DNA of 64,000 nucleotides from an uncultured Fibrobacterota bacterium. GTDB taxonomy: Bacteria; Fibrobacterota; Chitinivibrionia; Chitinivibrionales; FEN-1185. Below the pieces are notes generated by a model. The model did no database searches. It was not told the origin of the DNA and saw only the letters and a list, made by a program, of their open reading frames with translations. Positions 10,031 to 19,446 of the stretch are shown piece by piece. Within the stretch, counting starts at the first letter, position 1. Every line of letters starts with the position of its first letter. Location: the NCBI GenBank assembly GCA_963753345.1, contig CAVWBU010000034.1:31484-95483 (forward strand). Direction: 5' to 3'. The position numbers and the translations under genes are program-made.

Positions 10031-10141
10031 TCATCGTCGAGAATTCACTCCCATGCTCCCCCGCCGTCACCCCCTCTCCTCCCGCCCGCAATTTCCCCTC
10101 AATTTTCCCGGTCTTCATTTATTTTAACGCCGGAGGAGCAC
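10031..10141 (+). repeat. Intergenic direct repeat, copy R3 (5'-truncated)
   Basis: ctcccccgccgtcaccccctctcct...caatttcccctcaattttcccggtcttcatttattttaacgccggaggagcac. Confidence 0.8.
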
Positions 10142-10198
10142 TGGAAATTCGATCAAGCGGTGCATGAACTTTACATTTAACGTCATATGAGGATGTCT

Positions 10199-10756
10199 AT
10201 GAGAAAGGTTGTTTTTGCGATCAATATTACCACCGACGGGTACTGCAACCACACGGACATGATTGCCGACGATGAGTTGCTCAACTTCTATGCCGGGCTG
10301 CTGGGCAATGCAGGCATCATCCTCTTCGGCCGGATCACCTATCAACTCATGGTTCCCTATTGGCCCGACGTCGCCAGGAACCAATCCGGGGCAGGGCCAA
10401 CCAAGGAGTTCGCTCGCGTGTTCGACTCGCTCGACAAGGTCGTATTCTCCACCACGTTGAAACATGTTGAGGGAAACAACACGAGAATCGTGCGCGCAAA
10501 CCTTGCGGAAGAGGTGCTCACGCTCAAGCAGCAGCCTGGAAAAGACATTTTCATAGATAGTTTGAGCATTGCGTCCCAGCTTTCGGACCGCGGTTTGATT
10601 GACGAGTATCATTTCGTGGTTCACCCGGTTGTTGCCGGTAAAGGACCGCGGTTATTCGACACCGTAACGCTGCAGGAGAGGCTTCTGCTAGACTTTATCG
10701 GTTTGAAAACCTTTCAATCCGGCGTCGTTGCCCTTCACTACAGAAAGCATACGTGA
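10199..10756 (+). CDS. Dihydrofolate reductase-like / RibD C-terminal domain protein
   Basis: [52 protein letters not shown]. Confidence 0.9.
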   Translation: MRKVVFAINITTDGYCNHTDMIADDELLNFYAGLLGNAGIILFGRITYQLMVPYWPDVARNQSGAGPTKEFARVFDSLDKVVFSTTLKHVEGNNTRIVRANLAEEVLTLKQQPGKDIFIDSLSIASQLSDRGLIDEYHFVVHPVVAGKGPRLFDTVTLQERLLLDFIGLKTFQSGVVALHYRKHT

Positions 10757-10818
10757 GGAGAAACGCCGTACGAAACCTGGCGTATTCGAAAATTGAGAGC
10801 AAAAAGATGAAAGGAACG

Positions 10819-10999
10819 CGCCGGGTGCCCTCTCCCTCATCTCGGTCTCAACCATAACTCGTGTGCCACTATCATCCTCAATCGTGCATCGTCCCGCCTA
10901 AACACTCTCCGCATTCCCCCGCCGTCAACCCCTCGCCCTTGTCCCACAATTTCCCCTCAATTTTCCCGGTCTTCATTTATTTTAACGCCGTAGGAGCAC
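10819..10999 (+). repeat. Intergenic direct repeat, copy R4
   Basis: cgccgggtgccc...cgtgtgccactatcatcc...cattcccccgccgtcaacccc...caattttcccggtcttcatttattttaacgccgtaggagcac. Confidence 0.85.
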
Positions 11000-11063
11000 A
11001 GTGCCGATGATTACCAAAACACCAACCATCAGCAACGTTACCTTCGCGCGAAAGGGGGCTTGC

Positions 11064-13166
11064 ATGAAAAAATCTCCGGTGCAGCTTATTCTTGGTATCG
11101 GGTTGCTGATTTTATTTACGAGCGCGGGGCATGCCCAATGGGTGCAGACAAACGGGCCGTATGGCGGGGACATCAACGCCCTCGCATTCAACGGCGCCAC
11201 TATTCTTGCCGGCACTGAAGGAAGCGGCGTTTTTCTCTCCACCAACAATGGAGCAAGCTGGTCTCCGGCCAATAACGGGCTCTTGGTCGGCTATATCTCT
11301 TGTCTTATGGTGAGCGGAGATACCATTTACGCCGGAACCAACGGCGGGGTCTTTTTCTCCACCGATAACGGAACAAGCTGGGCCGCGAGCACCAGCGGTC
11401 TCACACGTCTCAGCGTCACGGCCCTTGCGAAGAGTGGCGGCACTATCTTTGCCGGAACCGGCGGCGGGGTCTTTCTATCCACCAATAACGGAACAAGCTG
11501 GACTGCGGCCGATAGCGGGCTTTCGAGCGCCAATATCTACGCTCTTGCAGTAAGCGGGAGTGCCATCTTCGCCGGAACCTGGGGCGGCGGCGTTTTTCTA
11601 TCCGCCAATAATGGAACGAGCTGGACCGCGGTGAATAGTGGGCTCACGAGCCTTAATGTTATGGCTCTTGCGGTGAACGGGAGCGCCATCTTTGCCGGGA
11701 CCAGTGGCGGCGGCGTCTTCCGTTCAACAAATAACGGAACAAGCTGGACTGCGGTTGATTCTGGACTTACGTCGACAAGTGTCCGATGTTTTGCGGTAAA
11801 CGGCAGCGACATCTTTGCCGGGACAAATGGCAACGACCCTGTTTTTCTCTCCACCAACAACGGATCAAGCTGGACCGCGGTCGACAGCGGCATTACCATT
11901 GCCAATGTCTTGTCCCTCGCAGTAAAAGGCAGCGACATTTTTGCCGGAACTTTTTACGGCGGCGGCGTCTTCCATTCAGCCAATAATGGAACAAGCTGGA
12001 CCACTGTCAACAATGGTATTACGAATAGCCGCATACTTTCCATCGCGACAGGTGACAGCGGCGTCTATGCAGGTACGTGGGGCGGCGGAATTCTGTTTTC
12101 CGCGGACAAAGGAACAAACTGGGCCGCGGTCAATGCCGGCAATCCGGCTTACAAAAATGGTTTATACGCCCAAGTGCTTTCTCTTATCGCAAGCGGCGGA
12201 AAAGTGTTCGCTGGCATTGAAGCATGGGGCGTTTTCCTTTCTACGGATAAGGGGTTGAGCTGGACTTCGGAAAGTATTTCGAGTGCAAGCGTCGAGTGTT
12301 TTGCCGCCAAAAGCGACACCCTCTTTGCCGGGGCTTACCAGGGCGGCGTTTTTCTTTCCACCAACAGCGGTACAAGCTGGACCGCGGACAATAACGGACT
12401 AACGGACTCTGATGTCGTGTCTCTTACAGTGAGCGGCGGCAATATTTTTGCCGGGACCTCCGGCGGCGGCATCTTTCGTTCAGTCAATAACGGATCAAGC
12501 TGGACCGCGGTTGATTCCGGACTTACGAGCCTGACTATCAACGCTCTTGCGGCAGTCAGCGGCATTGTCTTTGCAGGGACGACTAGCGGGGTTTTTATAT
12601 CCGCCGATAACGGCGGCCATTGGACCGCAAGCGATTCCGGCCTTACCCGTCTTTACGTCACATCTTTTGCCGTGATCGGCAGCAACATTTTTGCGGGGAC
12701 TGATGGCGGCCGTGTTTTTCTCTCCGCCAATAACGGCGTAAGTTGGATTGCGGAGGACAGCGGGCTTCCGAATGCCTCCGAAACATATCTTGCCGTAGGC
12801 GACAGCACGCTCTATGCCGGAATTTACGGCAGCTGCGTGTGGCGGCGACCGCTCCCTGAAATGACGACGGCAATCGATAAAAGCACCAAGCGAGCGGCTT
12901 CACAGCAATTACTTATCAAGATACGCTCGCTTGGCCATGGGAGCACGGCCGCTAGGATTGATTTTTCACTGCCACATTCCGAGCGGGTCACGATGAGCAT
13001 TTACAACCTTGCCGGCCGTGAAATAGCATCTCTTGTCAATGACTTTCTTGGATCGGGCCCGCATAGCATACTTTGGAATACCCAGAACATTGCCGCAGGT
13101 TGTTATACAGTAAGAATGAAAGCGGGATCGGATACATTCATAAGAAGTATTCCGATTTTACGTTAG
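11064..13166 (+). CDS. BNR/Asp-box beta-propeller repeat protein with T9SS-like CTD
   Basis: About 14 repeats of IFAGTxGGGVFLSTNNGTSWTAVDSGL; signal peptide; CTD IYNLAGREI...AAGCYTVRM; upstream in-frame starts at 11001 and 11007 are possible. Confidence 0.9.
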   Translation: MKKSPVQLILGIGLLILFTSAGHAQWVQTNGPYGGDINALAFNGATILAGTEGSGVFLSTNNGASWSPANNGLLVGYISCLMVSGDTIYAGTNGGVFFSTDNGTSWAASTSGLTRLSVTALAKSGGTIFAGTGGGVFLSTNNGTSWTAADSGLSSANIYALAVSGSAIFAGTWGGGVFLSANNGTSWTAVNSGLTSLNVMALAVNGSAIFAGTSGGGVFRSTNNGTSWTAVDSGLTSTSVRCFAVNGSDIFAGTNGNDPVFLSTNNGSSWTAVDSGITIANVLSLAVKGSDIFAGTFYGGGVFHSANNGTSWTTVNNGITNSRILSIATGDSGVYAGTWGGGILFSADKGTNWAAVNAGNPAYKNGLYAQVLSLIASGGKVFAGIEAWGVFLSTDKGLSWTSESISSASVECFAAKSDTLFAGAYQGGVFLSTNSGTSWTADNNGLTDSDVVSLTVSGGNIFAGTSGGGIFRSVNNGSSWTAVDSGLTSLTINALAAVSGIVFAGTTSGVFISADNGGHWTASDSGLTRLYVTSFAVIGSNIFAGTDGGRVFLSANNGVSWIAEDSGLPNASETYLAVGDSTLYAGIYGSCVWRRPLPEMTTAIDKSTKRAASQQLLIKIRSLGHGSTAARIDFSLPHSERVTMSIYNLAGREIASLVNDFLGSGPHSILWNTQNIAAGCYTVRMKAGSDTFIRSIPILR

Positions 13167-13299
13167 CTTTCTTTTTTCGCAAGAGCCCCTGCGAAGAGAG
13201 GAGATCGTTGCAGGTTAAGAACTTCGGCCAACAAATAAAGGAACGCCATTTTTGCTGGACACTCAATTTGTAAATTAATGTAGATAAGGGCGCGGTATA

Positions 13300-14244
13300 A
13301 TGGAGTTCATTGCTTTATTGGTTTTCATCATCACCCAGATTGTAATTATTCCCTTGGTGATTATCGGCGCAATCATCGCTACATATAAACAGGTCTTTGT
13401 CAGCAAGAAGTTGGGTGTCTCTAGCACGGCCATTTCCGTTATCAGCGCCAGGTGGTTAATGGATGTTTTTGGCCTTAGAAAGGACACGGCTTCGGTTAGG
13501 TTATACCGCGTTCTTCCCAATGCTTACGTATTTGGCATGTGGCTCCTTTTTTTCCCCGCCTACCTGCGGTACAAAATCAGCGGAAAACATAGAGGCTTTG
13601 CATCAATTAAAGAAGAGGGCAAGGAGGGCATGGCAAACGTAGCCATTACCAGAACAGTTCATTTTGATAGCCTGGTCAATAACTCAATAAATCAAGTAAG
13701 GCAATTTGTCGTTATGGGAGCCGGATACGACACAAGGTGTTATGGACATCTTAAGCAAAACAACGTAACGTTTTTCGAGCTTGACCAGCCGGCGACACAA
13801 AGACTAAAAGTAAAATGCCTGAAACAAGCCGGCATTGACGTATCTCATGTTACGTTTCTTGAAGTGGATTTTTCCAAGGATAACTGGCTTGAAAAGCTAA
13901 AGGATGCCGGTTTTAGTCCGGACAAAAAAACCATCTTTTTATGGGAAGGCGTAACACTTTACATCTCTGAAAATGATGTCCGAAAAACAATACACGCGGT
14001 CAAGGAGCATTCTTCTCGTGGCAGCATACTGATCACAGATTTGTATTCTAAAAGATTAATCGCTCTCAGAGGTGTGAAAGCGACAAATGAGCAGTTTAAT
14101 TTTGCACTGGACTTCTCATCTGACAGAGAAAATGTTCTAAAAACATTCCTGGAAAGTGAAAATGTAAAAGCAGGCAACTTTTATTTTATGGGGCACAAAA
14201 CCAAGAAAGGTGCGTTTGGGGTAGTCGTTGAAATTATTCTGTAG
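13300..14244 (+). CDS. SAM-dependent methyltransferase, leucine carboxyl methyltransferase-like family
   Basis: RTVHFD, QFVVMGAGYDTR, FFELDQP, FLWEGVTLYI; N-terminal hydrophobic segment. Confidence 0.88.
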   Translation: MEFIALLVFIITQIVIIPLVIIGAIIATYKQVFVSKKLGVSSTAISVISARWLMDVFGLRKDTASVRLYRVLPNAYVFGMWLLFFPAYLRYKISGKHRGFASIKEEGKEGMANVAITRTVHFDSLVNNSINQVRQFVVMGAGYDTRCYGHLKQNNVTFFELDQPATQRLKVKCLKQAGIDVSHVTFLEVDFSKDNWLEKLKDAGFSPDKKTIFLWEGVTLYISENDVRKTIHAVKEHSSRGSILITDLYSKRLIALRGVKATNEQFNFALDFSSDRENVLKTFLESENVKAGNFYFMGHKTKKGAFGVVVEIIL

Positions 14245-14383
14245 GGTTTTATTCTTAATTGATTTTCTCGAAATAAAAGTGTGCGCCTCCTCTCTCTCCT
14301 CTGCATTTTCTTTTTCTTTCTCATAACCCCGCCCTCCCTGTTGCGGATTGTGGATTTCGGATTGCTTCATAAAAAGATATCAC

Positions 14384-14762
14384 GGTGGGGGATGTCTCCC
14401 CCTGGCCCCCGGCTTCCGGCACTGCGCGCCGGTGATCCGGGGGCACACCCCCTCGTGGGTAGCCCCCAAGCAAGTTTGGTTACAAGATAGACACATCGGC
14501 TGCGGGGGCACCGAGAAAGAGAGTTGAATAGTTGAAGAGTTTCAAATTCAAAGAGGAATCCCCGCCTGATTCATTGCGGATACCGATTTGCGCGAGAAAA
14601 AGTAATTGACTGAATAGAATTCCGTTGCCGCGCGTTAGGGGCGACTGGAGGGCGTGCTGGAGCACGATGCCGCCCGGACCCGCCGCGCAAGCGGTATTGG
14701 GGGCCGTGGCGGCCCGGGGCCGAAGGCCGACGACCCTTGGAAGTACCCGACGGGGTAAACCT
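14384..14762 (-). repeat. Bipartite structured dispersed element, inverted near-full copy
   Basis: Reverse complement of the 35521-35927 copy (ggtgggggatgtctccccctgg...ccccctcgtgggtagccccc...gggggcaccgag...gttgaatagttgaa...ccgcgcgttaggggcgac); lacks the 5'-most GGGCGTTCCCC hairpin. Confidence 0.85.
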
Positions 14763-14786
14763 CCTCCGCTTTGAAATCTTTGATAT

Positions 14787-14839
14787 CTCTAACGCAGCAG
14801 CAGGGTGCCCAAATCTTGATACCACAGCCTTGTTAGGCA
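14787..14839 (-). other. Possible short or degenerate attC site after the AT-rich minus-strand gene
   Basis: Minus strand reads stop TAA-T-GCCTAAC (RYYYAAC) ... GCGTTAGAG (GTTRRR-like); internal pairing is weak. Confidence 0.4.
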
Positions 14840-15526
14840 TTATCTAATTAAATTCACTTGTTTTGCAAAGGTGTGATTCCCAATCGTAAGCTGGAAAAAA
14901 TATGCGCCATTTCTAAAGCCCCTTGCATCAAATAACAAATTATATGATCCTGCATCACAAATACTGCTGATTAATGTCTCTAGTTTTCTACCCTTGGAAT
15001 CAAATACATTGAGCTTAATAAAAGCTCTTTCAGGAATTGACAACCTAAAAGTCATGGTTCGCTCAATTTGATTGGGATAGCATTGGAATTGTATAGACGT
15101 TTGTGAGATTTCAGTTCTATTTCTTTCTATCCCGGATGTTACTCTATCATAAGTTGTGGGTGTATTGAATGAAGTTGGTGTTGCAACTTGCGGTAGGCCG
15201 GTATGCCAATAACCTTCTATCTGCAGACCTGAGGAATCTGATGAAATTTGATATATTCCTTTCCACCCTACTATACCGCTTTGTCCTAAGTCGATTTCTC
15301 TTAGGCCGGAAGAAGGAATCGATAAAGTTGCATAGTTGGCCGTCTCCGGCGGTGTTGTTTGAAATTGAATGATTACCGTTGAATCATTCAAAAAGATATA
15401 TCTGATCGGGTCGCCGGGACCGGAGACGTTGTCCCAGGTTCCTGTCAAAGATTGGGAGGAAGCGTAATTGGTGATTCCTAAGACTAGGAGTAACAACAAG
15501 TAGATTGAAGATAATGATTTTTTCAT
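14840..15526 (-). CDS. Secreted hypothetical protein with T9SS type A-like CTD
   Basis: Signal peptide; QCYPN...LNVFDSKGRKL...GAYFFQL tail; AT-rich; RBS aggag. Confidence 0.8.
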   Translation of the reverse strand: MKKSLSSIYLLLLLVLGITNYASSQSLTGTWDNVSGPGDPIRYIFLNDSTVIIQFQTTPPETANYATLSIPSSGLREIDLGQSGIVGWKGIYQISSDSSGLQIEGYWHTGLPQVATPTSFNTPTTYDRVTSGIERNRTEISQTSIQFQCYPNQIERTMTFRLSIPERAFIKLNVFDSKGRKLETLISSICDAGSYNLLFDARGFRNGAYFFQLTIGNHTFAKQVNLIR

Positions 15527-15846
15527 ACAACGAGTCTCCTTGAGGTTGATGATGAGTGTATAATGTCAGGCGAGCCTGTAGAAATCCCCACTTTTGACTA
15601 GGGTTAGATGCGGTGTAATTGTATCATGATCCAAGTGGACATACCAGACGTAATGAATCTATCGTGCTTTGGGCACAATCAACAGTAGGTTCGCTTCGCG
15701 GCTACAACTGTAGGATTACGTTTTCTCTCTTCAATCCGCATTCCGCAATCATCAATCAAAATGCTCCATTCTTTCTTGAACCTTGTCCTCGGTTTCATCG
15801 ACTATTATTTATATTAAACCTCAAAGGGCGGACTGCGGGGGCACGT

Positions 15847-17205
15847 ATGAAAAAATCGAAGATTCCTGTCGTTGCCATTGGTTTGCTGCTTTTATTTACG
15901 CATGCGTCAAATGCTCAGTGGGTGCAAACAAACGGGGTGTTTGGTTCGGGCCCGACTGCGCTTGCCGTCAGTGGCAGTAACATCTTTGCCGGAACTCTTG
16001 ATAACGGCATTTACCGTTCCACCAATAACGGAACAGACTGGATTGCGGTTGATTCGGGACTGCCTTATTGCCAGTGCCCCCCGCACATGAACTGCCTCGT
16101 TCTCATGAGAAGCAATATCCTTTGTCTTGCCGCAAGCGGCAGCAATATCTTTGCCGGGACTTCCTGCGGCGGCGTTCTTCTTTCGGCCAATAATGGAACC
16201 AGCTGGACCGCGGTTGATTCAGGACTCCCGATTTATTCTGTTCTGTCTCTTGCCGTGAGCGGCAGCACTATCTTTGCAGGGACCACGGGTGATTTTTACC
16301 GTTCTACCAATAATGGAACAAGCTGGACTGCGGTTGATTCAGGACTCACGAATTATCCTGTTTTGTGTCTTGGCGGGAACGATAGCCATATCTTTGCCGG
16401 GACAAATGGTGGTGGTGTTTTTCTCTCCACAAATAACGGAACAAGTTGGACCGCGGTCAATTCAGGACTCCCGAGCAGTACTGTATCGTGTCTTGCAGCA
16501 TGCGGCGCCAATATCTTTGCGGTGGTGCAGCCCACGATTTATAACGGGCCGAATATCCCGGTAATTTCCGTCGATTCCAGGAATGGCGGCACTACTGCCG
16601 TTGCGCCGGACACTGTTGGAATGGAAAGCGGTCTTTACGTTTCCGCCGACAACGGCGCAAGCTGGACCGCGGTCGATTTCGGGCCGCCAAGCGCGGAGGT
16701 CTCTTGTCTTGCCGCGACCGGCAACAATATCTTTGCCGCTACCTGGGGCGGGGTTTACCTTTCCACCAATAACGGAACAAGCTGGGCTTCGGTCAATGCC
16801 GGACTTACGGTCAGTACTGTTTCATCAATTACGGTTATTCCCGTTTCATCTTTTGCCATAAGCGGAAACACTGTTTTTGCCGCGGCCGGCAACGCCGTAT
16901 GGCGCAGGCCGCTTTCGGAAATGATACCGACAAATAACCGTGAGTTTCACAATAAGCAACCGTCCGTCGGCAATCTCAGAATCAACATCAACAAAACCAG
17001 CGTCGCCGTATCCTTTCCCTCGTCCGATGGCCCGGTCACGGTCGGATTGTTTACCATCGCAGGGAAGAGAATTTATTCAGCCACGCATGAAGCTGATAAC
17101 GGAATCCTGAGTATTCCGCTATCGGGATTGTCGGCAGGCGCCTATCTAATGTCAATTACCGGCAGGAATGGCGTACTTCGTTCGTCGTTTGTTGTGACGA
17201 AATAA
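15847..17205 (+). CDS. BNR/Asp-box beta-propeller protein with T9SS-like CTD, paralog of 11064..13166
   Basis: Same AQWVQTNG start, STNNGTSWTAVDSGL repeats and VWRRPL(S/P)EM end; CTD LFTIAGKRI...AGAYLMSI. Confidence 0.88.
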   Translation: MKKSKIPVVAIGLLLLFTHASNAQWVQTNGVFGSGPTALAVSGSNIFAGTLDNGIYRSTNNGTDWIAVDSGLPYCQCPPHMNCLVLMRSNILCLAASGSNIFAGTSCGGVLLSANNGTSWTAVDSGLPIYSVLSLAVSGSTIFAGTTGDFYRSTNNGTSWTAVDSGLTNYPVLCLGGNDSHIFAGTNGGGVFLSTNNGTSWTAVNSGLPSSTVSCLAACGANIFAVVQPTIYNGPNIPVISVDSRNGGTTAVAPDTVGMESGLYVSADNGASWTAVDFGPPSAEVSCLAATGNNIFAATWGGVYLSTNNGTSWASVNAGLTVSTVSSITVIPVSSFAISGNTVFAAAGNAVWRRPLSEMIPTNNREFHNKQPSVGNLRININKTSVAVSFPSSDGPVTVGLFTIAGKRIYSATHEADNGILSIPLSGLSAGAYLMSITGRNGVLRSSFVVTK

Positions 17206-17254
17206 TGGATTGGCAAGACCTCAGCTCCCGTCATGTGTATGCAGTCAAAGTCGC

Positions 17255-17277
17255 GGTCCCGCTTTCGCGGGAATGAC
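17255..17277. repeat. REP/dRS3-like small palindrome
   Basis: tcccgctttcgcgggaatgac. Confidence 0.45.
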
Positions 17278-17330
17278 AAGGCCGAACCTTGCCGCTTTGG
17301 TGTCTTCATTTCTTTGTCTTTCTCCAACCG

Positions 17331-17494
17331 CTCTTCGTGGTGCCCCCGCAGCCGAAGTGTCTATCTCGCAAACGAACTTTCTAGGGGGCTACCCACGAGG
17401 GGGTATGGGTGCAGACCCCGCAGGAAAGCTTTACAAATCATGAAAACATACGCTTTCCGAGGAGGCTGCACCCTAGGGGGACGCCTCCCCCACC
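17331..17494 (+). repeat. Dispersed element, module B only
   Basis: ggtgcccccgcagccgaagtgtctatctcgcaaacgaactttctagggggctacccacgaggggg...ctagggggacgcctcccccacc. Confidence 0.85.
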
Positions 17495-17525
17495 AAATGC
17501 TTTTATTTTGTTAGCAATAGCAAAT

Positions 17526-17555
17526 AAAAAAGGGCGGCTAACTTCACCGCCCTTC
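17526..17555 (-). terminator. Intrinsic terminator downstream of the PPIase gene
   Basis: Minus strand gaagggcggtgaagttagccgcccttttttattt: an 8-bp stem followed by a U-tract. Confidence 0.75.
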
Positions 17556-17586
17556 AAATCAGAACCATCAAAAATATTATCGCATC

Positions 17587-19410
17587 TTAATCAAGATAAA
17601 ATTGATTCACATTGTCTACTATTTTCGACGAATTCTTCAAGCTGTTGTACCAATTTTCGAAGTTCTTCTCCGCCGTCTCGGTGACAAGCCTTACTTTGAT
17701 GGCGTTGATTTCCGGCGAATCCCACTTGATCGCGGCCGGCGCTTTTTTGTGAAACACCGGTTTCACGACGCAGAACGCGCCGCTCACCGCTATCATATCC
17801 GACACCTTGCCGTCGGGCAACGCGAAAGCGGCCGCCACCGCCTGATTGTCGAATCCCACCGCCGTGTACTGCAGGTGCGCGACCGTGTCGGTGACGCCCG
17901 AGGCCACGAGCGTGTCGTATTTCGAATAGTGGGCCACGTCGTTCTTATCCGGCACCTTGGCGAGAAAATCCTCGAAATGTTTCTTCGCCTTTGCCAGCCT
18001 GCTTTCCTCGCTGAGAATGGATTCGATGTGGTCCTTGGCAACCTCGAGGGGCAGGATCCCCTTCTTCACCTTGCGCTTCACCTGGAAAATGTAGTACCCG
18101 TCGTCGTTTTCGAGCAGGTCCGACACCTCGCCCTCGGCGCGGTTGAACGCGTGCGATGCGGCGCCGTTGACGATCCCCACTTTCGGGACCAGGTCGCCGC
18201 GCTTGAAAAGCCCCGTGGAATCGACAATGGCGACGGGGATCCTTTTCGATACGTTCTTTATTCCTTCGGAAGCAATGACGGCGTGCGCGCTGTCGGCCAG
18301 GGCGTTAAGGCGGTCTATGGTCTCCCCGGACGGCGCGATCTTCCGGAGAATGTGGCGCGCCTTGACCATCTGCTTGCCGTCCTTCGTCTCCTTTTTATCA
18401 ACATACACCAGGTGGTAGCCGAGCTTGGTGCGCACGGGCATGGAAACCTGGCCGGCGGGAGTCGCGAAAAGGACCGAATCAAACTCCGGCATCATGGGTA
18501 GCGAGCCCTTGGCGATCCACCCGAGATCGCCGCCTTGCGGCGACGTCGACTCGTCGTCGGATTCGAGCTTGGCTTCCTCGGCGAACGAGGAATCGCCGGG
18601 TTTGATCTTCACCCGCAGGTTCATCATCTCCTTATAGATGGAGTCGATGTCGGCCTTGGTGGGGGTCTTGGGGATCTTTACAAAGTAGAGATCGGCCTGG
18701 TCGGGCGTGGCGAAGGAGTCCTGGTGCGCCTCGTAGTACGCGGCGATCGCGGCGTCGGCAATCTTGTCGGGCGAAAATGAGCTCACGTTCACCCGCGCGT
18801 ACTCGAACCTCGCTTTCTCGTTCTCCAATTTGAATTCGTAGGCGAGCTCCGCGTTGGTGGGGAAATCCTGCACCGAGAGCAGGAGCCGCAGGGTCTGGAC
18901 CGGGACCGAGAAATCGCGGATGGTATGCTCGAATTCCAGCATTCCCTGGTTCTCGTAGATTTCCGGCTTGTTAAGGAACGACACGAACTTCGCGGTGTCG
19001 AACACGCCATTGGTCTGGAATTCCTTGGCCGCGGTCACCTCCGGCGGAGGATTCCGCCGGATAAATTCGAACACTTCGTCGGCCGACGCGCCGATCTTCA
19101 TCGCGTCGAACACGTCGCGGAGAAGGATCCGTTTCACCTCGGTCTCCCACACCTGGTGCGGGATCATCCTGCTCTGGTACGCGGCGGCCTCGGGGCCGCC
19201 GGTCTGGTCGCGCTCCTTCTCGCGCGCCATGCTCACTTCCCGCTCGAACGTCCGCAGCGAAATTTCCTTGCCGTTCACCTTCCCGATGGCGTCCTTCACC
19301 CGGTTGCGGGACGAAAGGTCCATGCCCCAGGCGAACACGATGGTCGCGATGAACGCGACGATCACCACCCACATTATTATCGCGGCATTGTTTCTCAAAT
19401 ACTGGATCAT
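17587..19410 (-). CDS. SurA/PpiD-type membrane-anchored parvulin peptidyl-prolyl isomerase
   Basis: N-terminal TM, IGKVNGKEIS, SFAEEAKLESDD...GGDLGW, VSMPVRTKLGYHL, VKARHIL. Confidence 0.9.
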   Translation of the reverse strand: MIQYLRNNAAIIMWVVIVAFIATIVFAWGMDLSSRNRVKDAIGKVNGKEISLRTFEREVSMAREKERDQTGGPEAAAYQSRMIPHQVWETEVKRILLRDVFDAMKIGASADEVFEFIRRNPPPEVTAAKEFQTNGVFDTAKFVSFLNKPEIYENQGMLEFEHTIRDFSVPVQTLRLLLSVQDFPTNAELAYEFKLENEKARFEYARVNVSSFSPDKIADAAIAAYYEAHQDSFATPDQADLYFVKIPKTPTKADIDSIYKEMMNLRVKIKPGDSSFAEEAKLESDDESTSPQGGDLGWIAKGSLPMMPEFDSVLFATPAGQVSMPVRTKLGYHLVYVDKKETKDGKQMVKARHILRKIAPSGETIDRLNALADSAHAVIASEGIKNVSKRIPVAIVDSTGLFKRGDLVPKVGIVNGAASHAFNRAEGEVSDLLENDDGYYIFQVKRKVKKGILPLEVAKDHIESILSEESRLAKAKKHFEDFLAKVPDKNDVAHYSKYDTLVASGVTDTVAHLQYTAVGFDNQAVAAAFALPDGKVSDMIAVSGAFCVVKPVFHKKAPAAIKWDSPEINAIKVRLVTETAEKNFENWYNSLKNSSKIVDNVNQFYLD

Positions 19411-19446
19411 GGCGTCACTCCCGTAAGCGTTCCTATGGAACGTTAG

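Noticed and set aside
3927-10999. R1-R4 as CRISPR repeats, pdif/Xer sites or sigma-54 promoters
   Set aside because: The units are too long and kb-spaced for CRISPR and no cas genes are present. TTATTTTAAC resembles an XerD arm but no XerC arm lies at 6-bp spacing. The minus-strand TGGCAC lacks the TTGC -12 element.
11130-12850. Tandem DNA repeats as a CRISPR array or DGR template
   Set aside because: They are in-frame coding repeats of a beta-propeller; there is no reverse transcriptase or adenine-specific variation.
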